Part shown: piece by piece, positions 57,766-64,000 of the stretch | How positions within the stretch are numbered: the stretch's first letter is position 1 | Layout of the letters: every line of letters starts with the position of its first letter | From: Chthonomonadaceae bacterium | Lineage (GTDB): Bacteria > Armatimonadota > Chthonomonadetes > Chthonomonadales > Chthonomonadaceae | Direction of reading: 5' to 3' | Assembly (NCBI GenBank): GCA_035650735.1 | Contig: DASRGZ010000001.1 | Coordinates: forward strand, 1 to 64,000 | DNA: 64,000 bases | Translations under genes and position numbers: made by a program | Notes under the pieces: model-generated | What the model saw: the letters and a program-made list of their open reading frames with translations, nothing else | Database searches by the model: none | Told to the model about the DNA's origin: nothing

Positions 57766-58995
57766 GTGCCTAGCTCATGGAGCAAAAGCGAACCCTATTC
57801 GCCCAACCCGGGCGCCGCTACAGTGCGTGTTCTGGTCGTGGATGACTCGGCCTTCATGCGCAAGGTGGTCTCTAGCATCCTGGCTTCGGCGCCGGGCATC
57901 GAGGTCGTCGCCACAGCCCGAGACGGCGAAGACGCGCTGGCGAAGGTGCCGGAACTACAGCCGGACGTGATCACTCTGGATCTGGAGATGCCGCGCATGG
58001 ACGGCATGGCATTTCTGGAGGCGCTGATGCGCCTGCGTCCCACGCCCGTCGTGATGGTCTCCAGCCAGACCTCGGAAGGCGCGGACAAGACCATCGCCTG
58101 CCTGCAGCGGGGCGCGGTGGATTTTGTCTGCAAGCCCTCCGGGGCTATCAGCCTGAATATGGAAACGGTCGGGGAGGAGCTTATTGCCAAGACGCGCGCA
58201 GCAGCCAAGGCGCACCGGTGCGGCCTGGCCGGGCTCGTCGGGCGTAGCGCGTCCCCGCCCTCTGCCAAGACCCTACCGACGGCCCCTTCTTCGGCATCGT
58301 GGTTCCGACCGCAAGACTCTCTTCTGGGGCCTGGGAACGCGGCAGCGGCGCCTGGATCGCGCGCCTGTTCCCCCCGTCATGAACATGAGCTGAATGCCGA
58401 TACGGTCGTGGTCGCCATCGCTTCCTCGACGGGAGGCCCGGCGGCGCTGGAGGCCATTCTGCCGCACTTGCCTGCGGATCTCAACGCCGCCTATCTGATG
58501 GTGCAGCACCTTCCGGCCAACTTCACCCGCTCTCTGGCCGCGCGCCTGGATAGCGCCTGCGCGTTGACGGTGCGCGAGGCCCAGGCAGGCGAGAGGCCGG
58601 AACGCGGCGTTGTGCTGCTCGCGCCGGGCGGGCGCCATCTGGAGCTGGATGCGCAGGGGCGCGTCGCCCTCAACGATGATCCGCCGTTGTGGGGCGTGCG
58701 TCCTGCCGCCGATGTGATGATGCGCTCGGCCGCCGCGCGCTTTGGCCCGCGCGTGCTCGGCGTTGTCCTGACGGGCATGGGCTGCGATGGCGCCCTGGGC
58801 GTTAAGGCCATCCATGCCGCAGGCGGCCTCTGCCTGGCTCAGGACGAGGCCACCAGCATTATCTACGGAATGCCGCGCGCCGCCTACGAGACCGGGGCGC
58901 TCGCCCAGGTCGTTCCCCTGCCGGACATGGCGGCGGCCATTGTCCGCCAGATCACCTCCTGGCCGCGCAGAGATAAGGGGGCCCTCAATCTATGA
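57766..58995 (+). CDS. cheB: Chemotaxis response regulator protein-glutamate methylesterase
   Basis: Receiver VLVVDDSAFMR, LDLEMPRMDG; SSTGGP, VQHLP--FT, RPAADV, LTGMG-DG, QDE-TS-IYGMP; GTG at 57766 after AGGAGG. Confidence 0.95.
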   Translation: MPSSWSKSEPYSPNPGAATVRVLVVDDSAFMRKVVSSILASAPGIEVVATARDGEDALAKVPELQPDVITLDLEMPRMDGMAFLEALMRLRPTPVVMVSSQTSEGADKTIACLQRGAVDFVCKPSGAISLNMETVGEELIAKTRAAAKAHRCGLAGLVGRSASPPSAKTLPTAPSSASWFRPQDSLLGPGNAAAAPGSRACSPRHEHELNADTVVVAIASSTGGPAALEAILPHLPADLNAAYLMVQHLPANFTRSLAARLDSACALTVREAQAGERPERGVVLLAPGGRHLELDAQGRVALNDDPPLWGVRPAADVMMRSAAARFGPRVLGVVLTGMGCDGALGVKAIHAAGGLCLAQDEATSIIYGMPRAAYETGALAQVVPLPDMAAAIVRQITSWPRRDKGALNL

Positions 58996-59873
58996 ATTCC
59001 TACGCAGCAGATCACAACCTTTCTGGTCCCACGCCGATGACGGAGTCAGGATTTACGGAAACGGCGGACTATCGCGAGTTCAAAGCGCGCGTCTTCCAGA
59101 AGACGGGCATTGATCTTAATCTCTACAAGCAGCAGCAGATGCACCGCCGCCTGCTCAATATGGTCGAGCGGGCCAAAGCGCGCGACTTCGTGGAGTATTA
59201 CCAACTGATCGAGGGCAATCCACAAGAGTTCGCCGCGTTCCTGGACCGGATGACCATCAACGTCTCGGAGCTTTTCCGCAACCCGGAAAAGTGGCAGGAG
59301 ATGCGGGAGAAGATTCTGCCTCCGATGCTGGCCGGCAAGCGCCCTCTAAAGGTCTGGAGCGCCGGCTGCTCCTATGGGGCGGAGCCTTACTCCCTGGCTA
59401 TCCTGCTCGACCAATTGGCTCCCGGCGCAGCGCATACCATCCACGCCACCGACCTGGATCATAAAATTCTGGCTCGGGCGAAAGAGGGATTGTTCCATGC
59501 GTCGGACGTCAAGAACCTGGATGCGGCGACGCTGGAGCGTTACTTTCTTCCCCTCCAGCCTGGCGCGGCGCCGTCCGCTGCCGCCCTGGAACCGGCCTAT
59601 CAGGTCAAACCGGCGGTGCGGGCGCGCGTCACCTTCCGAGCGCATAACCTGCTGGCCGACCGCTTTGAGACCGGCTATGACCTGATCTGCTGCCGTAACG
59701 TGGTCATCTATTTTACGGACCCGGCCAAAGAGCGGCTCTATGCGCGATTCTGGCAGGCGCTCCGTCCCGGGGGCGTCCTGTTCGTCGGTGGGACGGAGCG
59801 CATCTTTAATGCCCGCGCGATCGGCTTCGATTCGCCGCTGCCCTTCTTCTATCGGCGCCGCGAGCAAGAATAG
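58992..59873 (+). CDS. cheR: Chemotaxis methyltransferase
   Basis: TGIDL--YK, TINVSELFR, WSAGCS-G-EPYS, ATDLD, I-CRNVVIYF. Confidence 0.95.
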   Translation: MNSYAADHNLSGPTPMTESGFTETADYREFKARVFQKTGIDLNLYKQQQMHRRLLNMVERAKARDFVEYYQLIEGNPQEFAAFLDRMTINVSELFRNPEKWQEMREKILPPMLAGKRPLKVWSAGCSYGAEPYSLAILLDQLAPGAAHTIHATDLDHKILARAKEGLFHASDVKNLDAATLERYFLPLQPGAAPSAAALEPAYQVKPAVRARVTFRAHNLLADRFETGYDLICCRNVVIYFTDPAKERLYARFWQALRPGGVLFVGGTERIFNARAIGFDSPLPFFYRRREQE

Positions 59874-60010
59874 GCTGTGCCGCCGGGGCCAATCTGCACT
59901 AGAGATTACAAGCAATTGTGACGATACTAGAACTGCTCTCGGAGAGAGGAACGAAAGGAGCGGGAGCGGTTCGCAGTCCATGCGAACGGGGACAGGAGGC
60001 AATACCAGCG

Positions 60011-60373
60011 ATGCCAAAGCGCGTTTTGATTACCGACGATGCCCTCTTCATGCGAATTACGCTGAAAAACATTTTGACTAAGGGCGGTTATGAGGTCGTT
60101 GGGGAAGCTGCCAACGGCAAAGAGTCCGTTGACCTTTATCTGCAGATCAAGCCCGACCTGGTGACGATGGATATCACCATGCCGGAGATGGATGGCATCA
60201 CGGCCGTCCGCGAGATCAAGAAGCGCGATCCAAGCGCCAATATCATTATGTGCACGGCGATGGGACAGAAGAACATGGTGATGGAGGCCGTGGCCGCCGG
60301 GGCCAAGGACTTTATCGTCAAGCCGTTCCAGCCGGACAAAGTCCTGGAGGCCGTCCAGAAGCTAATCGGATAA
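60011..60373 (+). CDS. cheY: Chemotaxis response regulator CheY
   Basis: ITDDALFMR, VVGEA-NG, PDLVTMDITMPEMDG, CTAMGQ, DFIVKPF. Confidence 0.93.
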   Translation: MPKRVLITDDALFMRITLKNILTKGGYEVVGEAANGKESVDLYLQIKPDLVTMDITMPEMDGITAVREIKKRDPSANIIMCTAMGQKNMVMEAVAAGAKDFIVKPFQPDKVLEAVQKLIG

Positions 60374-60400
60374 GGCCGATAGGGAGAATCGAGCACAGAG

Positions 60401-60865
60401 ATGAAAGTAGAGTATGTCAATCCCTTTATCACCGCCGCGTTCAGCGTGATCGAGACGGCGCTGAATATAAAGGCGGAGAAGGGACCGTTGGCGATGCGGC
60501 CCTGCGTCTTCACCTCCCAACAGTGCAATATTATAACGGGCGTGACGGGCATGGTGGAAGGCCAGGCTATCTATGGGATGAGCCTGATTACGGCCGACAG
60601 GATCGCCTCCCAGATGCTAGGCCAGCAGATTCGCACGTTTGATCAACTGGCGGCCAGCGCCATTGCGGAACTAGGCAATATGATAACCGGCAACGCGATG
60701 GCGCTACTCTCGGAGGCCGGCTACATTTGCGATATTACGCCGCCTTCCATCGTGCGGGGCACCAACGTCAAGATCTCAACGCTGAATATTCCGGCGCTGG
60801 TCGTGCCGATCTGCCTCGGGCTGGGCGAGATCGAGCTAACGGTCAGTCTACAGCAGCGCTCCTAA
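60401..60865 (+). CDS. cheX: Chemotaxis phosphatase CheX
   Basis: MKVEYVNPF, G-TG---G, SAIAELGNMI-GNA, ITPP. Confidence 0.92.
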   Translation: MKVEYVNPFITAAFSVIETALNIKAEKGPLAMRPCVFTSQQCNIITGVTGMVEGQAIYGMSLITADRIASQMLGQQIRTFDQLAASAIAELGNMITGNAMALLSEAGYICDITPPSIVRGTNVKISTLNIPALVVPICLGLGEIELTVSLQQRS

Positions 60866-60902
60866 GCCGCTATTCCAATTCAACAACCGGAGAACAACGA
60901 AC

Positions 60903-61088
60903 ATGGATGTAAACGCTTTACAGACCGCTTCGGCGGGTATGACCGCCAACCTCTTGCGCGCCGCCGACCAGAACCCGGAGGTAGCGGCCAAACTGCTGAA
61001 GAAGGCAATGGAATCGGATAGGAATCTGGTGGATACGCTGCTGCCGACGGTCAGCTCTGTCGGAAGCCGCCTGGACATCCGCGCTTGA
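60903..61088 (+). CDS. YjfB-like putative motility protein
   Basis: LLKKAME ... LL ... G-RLDIRA; GGAG RBS; follows the che operon. Confidence 0.65.
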   Translation: MDVNALQTASAGMTANLLRAADQNPEVAAKLLKKAMESDRNLVDTLLPTVSSVGSRLDIRA

Positions 61089-61244
61089 GAGATCATCGTC
61101 CTATTCTTCCAAGAGGGATGGGATCAAGAGGTGCTGAGGGTTCTGAAGTTTCTGAGGGTTCTGAGGTCTATCCATCGAGGAGGGATAGGATCGAGAAGCC
61201 GCAGTAGAGCCTGCCTCCTGGAACCTATTCCCTTGCGATGTCTA

Positions 61245-62204
61245 TCAATCGAAGAGGGATGTGATCGAGAGGTCGCTGTTGGCACGGTGGATGGCCTCGC
61301 CAAAGAGAGACGCGACAGAGAGAACGGTGATCTTGGGGTGGCGTTGGGCCTGCGGCAGCGGGATGGAATCGGTGACGACGAGCTCGGCGATCTCAGGCCG
61401 GGAGCAAAGCCGCTCCAGGGCGTCGCGGGCGAAGACGCCATGCGTGGCGGCGATGTGGATCTGGGGGTTGCAGCCGTGTTCGAGCAGGGCATCCACCGCC
61501 TGGAGAATGCTGCCACCGGTGGTGATCATATCTTCGACGATGATAGGGGTTTTGCCGCGCACGTCGCCGGCCAGGTGCGTCACCTCGGAGACCATGTGGC
61601 TGGGATGGTGCTTATAGCCGACGGCTAACGGGGCCTTGAGCGCGACCACTACCTTGCGGACTTTCTTGACGCGGCCCTCATCGGGGGAGACGACGACCAC
61701 GTTTTGCAGGCCGTCCTGCATTTTCTGCTCGAAGTAGTCCACGAACAGGTTGAGAGCGGTCAGGTGGTCCACCGGAATATTGAAGAACCCCTGGATGGCA
61801 TCGGCGTGCAGGTCGAGGCACATGACACGATTGGCGCCCGCCACCGTGATGATGTCGGCGATAAGTTTGGCGGTAATGGGCTCGCGCGGCTTGTCTTTCT
61901 TTTCCTGGCGCGCGTAGCCGTAGTAAGGGATCACGGGCGTGATGCGCCATGCTGAGGCACGCCGCAGCGCATCAATGGCTTCGAGCAGCACGACCAGGTT
62001 GGTATCCACCGGCGGGCAGGTCGGCTGCAGGATATAGGCGTCGGTGCCGCGCACGCTCTCTTCAAACCGCACGTAGTTTTCGCCATCGGCAAACTGACTA
62101 TAGAGCATTTTGCCGAGCGGCACGTCCAGCCAATCGGCCACAGCCTGCGCCAGCGCGGGATTGCCCGGCCCGGCAAAAAGCTTCAATTCGTGCTGAACCG
62201 CCAT
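61245..62204 (-). CDS. prs: Ribose-phosphate pyrophosphokinase (divergent)
   Basis: F-DGE, ESVRG, DALRRASA, IPYYGYARQ, DLHA-AIQGFF, VSPD-G, ATHGVF, VTDSIP. Confidence 0.92.
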   Translation of the reverse strand: MAVQHELKLFAGPGNPALAQAVADWLDVPLGKMLYSQFADGENYVRFEESVRGTDAYILQPTCPPVDTNLVVLLEAIDALRRASAWRITPVIPYYGYARQEKKDKPREPITAKLIADIITVAGANRVMCLDLHADAIQGFFNIPVDHLTALNLFVDYFEQKMQDGLQNVVVVSPDEGRVKKVRKVVVALKAPLAVGYKHHPSHMVSEVTHLAGDVRGKTPIIVEDMITTGGSILQAVDALLEHGCNPQIHIAATHGVFARDALERLCSRPEIAELVVTDSIPLPQAQRHPKITVLSVASLFGEAIHRANSDLSITSLFD

Positions 62205-62400
62205 TTTACCCCGAATCTCCTTACTTCCTGCCGCCCCGGTCTCCCTTCCCGGTATAAAGAGGCGCGAGAAACGTCTCAGTATAGCGCAGGCGCATTGACC
62301 TTGTCAACGGTGTTTTGTCCGCCAGCCCGGCAGGGAAGCAGAGGCAGTGGTAGCGGCCAAGCGCGCCTGGCTTCTCTCGGCGACGGACGGTTGGCAAGCC

Positions 62401-62459
62401 CGGCAGGCTGAACCCTGCCGCTGTGGGGCCTGCGGCCTGGTGCCCGCCTACGCGGGCAC
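62401..62459 (-). repeat. Double-hairpin REP-like element, copy 4 (inverted)
   Basis: CGGCAGGCTGAACCCTGCCGCTGTGGGGCCTGCGGCC is the reverse complement of the 19486 family. Confidence 0.8.
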
Positions 62460-62520
62460 TATCTTTTAATACATGCCGCAAGCCATGCTATAATGCAGCA
62501 ATGGAACTGGAGGCCAGGCA

Positions 62521-62785
62521 CATGGCACTGCCCAAGATGATTGAAGGAACCGGCGAGGAGTTGCAAGACTATCTGAAGCAAGCCCCACAAGAGCGCTTCC
62601 GGCTTATTCACCTGCCTGCCCAGAAAGCTTCCCCTCCAGAGAACTCGCTCAAGGGGCAGAGCCTTGCGGAGGCTCTCAAGGACTACATAGGCATTGCCGA
62701 TTTCGGGGATGCCAACCTGTCGAAGGATACCGGCAAAAAGTTCGCAGAGCTTCCCGCTCAGAAACATCGGAAGGTGCTGGCCTAG
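62521..62785 (+). CDS. Small hypothetical protein, putative orphan antitoxin
   Basis: Extended -10 TGCTATAAT at 62486 and GGAGG RBS; MA-P---EGT-EEL N-terminus shared with the ORF at 63668; start read as the ATG near 62521. Confidence 0.6.
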
Positions 62786-63667
62786 GGCTCGGACGAGATA
62801 TAGGCGGAATCCGTGACTCGAATTAAGGTCGAGAGCCGGCCGGCTTTTGTAGAGGCGAGAATGGATCAATATTCTCTGTTCGATGCTATGACCGCCGTTC
62901 GCGATCATCTTGAGGCGGAGATAATGATGCAGCGCGTAGATGTTTCGACGATCTGATCGTTACCTTCCAGACGGAATGGAGTGCTCGCAATTTCGCGTCG
63001 GCCTGCTTTGAACGACTGGGAACGGGAGCGAGCCTGGATCGAAGCAGGCATTGCGCTGGCACTGGAGCCGAATAACTAACCCAAGTTGCTACCTAGGAAC
63101 ACGTTTGAGAGAGAATCGCTCTGGAAACCGGCTTTTGCATCACCGTTTGCTTTCTCGAAGAGGCAAGGTAGCAACTTGAGTTAACTACGCTGCGTACAAA
63201 CGGTTTGCCCGCTACCTTGAGCGCGAAGGCCAGCGGGACGCAGCCCAGCGGGTTCTCGTACGCGGGTGGGAGCAGATGAAAAAACGGTATCCTAAAAAGC
63301 AGTGGGCAGACCAGCGCGCTCTCTATTTTGCCTTCTCGGAGGATGACTTGCCTTCTCACCTCGCTGATCGTTGGCGTAGCGAGCACGTCCAGCCCGCCCA
63401 GATAGAAGAGATCAAAACCGCCCTCAAACACTATCTGAGCAGAAAGGGCGAGTAGGCCGGATACGGCCTGACCCCACCTCCCTTTCTTGCACAAGCTCAA
63501 GATGGCCGACGATGGCAGACGTTGATTTGCGATGATGGACTCCTAATGAAAAGCGGGGGCTGCGCTGGCTAGGGGTTTCAGGGGAGCGCCGAGCGTCCCC
63601 TGCTTTATCGAGTGTAAGATCGCTGTGTTATAATGGGAGGAGTATGCAGCCAGAGGGAGAAAAGAAG

Positions 63668-63943
63668 ATGGCACAGCCCCACGTTTTTGAAGGCACACCG
63701 GAGGAACTTACCCAGCATATCAGTTCGCTCCCCAAGCGGAGGCGCTATAAAGTGACGATTGTTCCGGAAGGAGAGGACGAGCACGAGTTCTCCGACGAAG
63801 GGATTGCCGCTGCGGATGCGGCCCTGGAGAAGACGATTGTTTCCTTGGGATACCCAACAGGGACCGATAACGAGGGGATTGACGCGGACCTGGCCCGCGC
63901 GTATGGCGCTCCCCGTGCCCCTGTGAATGGGAAGAAGCCCTGA
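63668..63943 (+). CDS. Putative antitoxin upstream of a PIN toxin
   Basis: TGTTATAAT at 63626; MAQPHVFEGTPEEL ... DNE-IDADLARAY; TGATG overlap with the PIN gene; alternative start 63644. Confidence 0.7.
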   Translation: MAQPHVFEGTPEELTQHISSLPKRRRYKVTIVPEGEDEHEFSDEGIAAADAALEKTIVSLGYPTGTDNEGIDADLARAYGAPRAPVNGKKP

Positions 63944-64000
63944 TGCTTCTGGATACCTCCGGGCTTCCTGCCTATCACAATGACAAAGAGCACGACCATG
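63943..64000 (+). CDS. PIN-domain (VapC-like) toxin, 5' end only
   Basis: MLLDTSGL start, translationally coupled to the upstream ORF; cut by the window edge. Confidence 0.6.
   Translation, partial: MLLDTSGLPAYHNDKEHDH

Noticed and set aside
63093..63500. Minus-strand 135-aa ORF
   Set aside because: No motif or RBS; the plus strand looks more protein-like but fragmented, so this is probably gene debris.
1..64000. rRNA, tRNA, prophage, integrase, cas genes or an intact transposase
   Set aside because: No supporting sequence or protein motifs were seen in the window.

Overview
GC-rich bacterial chromosome segment; gene content and the abundant CCTCACCCCCGGCCCCTCTCC-type palindromic repeats suggest an Armatimonadota-like host (inference). 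It has housekeeping genes (lipB, purC, prs, uxuA), carbohydrate-active enzymes (GH116-like, GH151-like, GH140-like, GH43, a CE15-GH10 fusion), a cheC-cheD-HDOD-cheB-cheR-cheY-cheX operon divergent from three large TPR-glycosyltransferase genes, VapBC toxin-antitoxin loci, several pseudogenes and many intergenic repeats. Main observations: (1) a rhodanese whose catalytic Cys codon is an in-frame TGA (probable selenoprotein), coupled to a sterol-desaturase-family gene and divergent from a LysR regulator; (2) an intact Rho paralog lacking the key ATPase residues, with acidic RNA-binding loops; (3) a three-repeat array with an exact 61-bp period, resembling type I-E CRISPR, in the leader of an APC transporter with no cas genes; (4) three copies of an 81-82 bp MITE, each with its own 8-bp target-site duplication; (5) a beta-propeller/di-heme MauG-type protein. 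Family assignments come from motif recognition by eye; no database searches were run.
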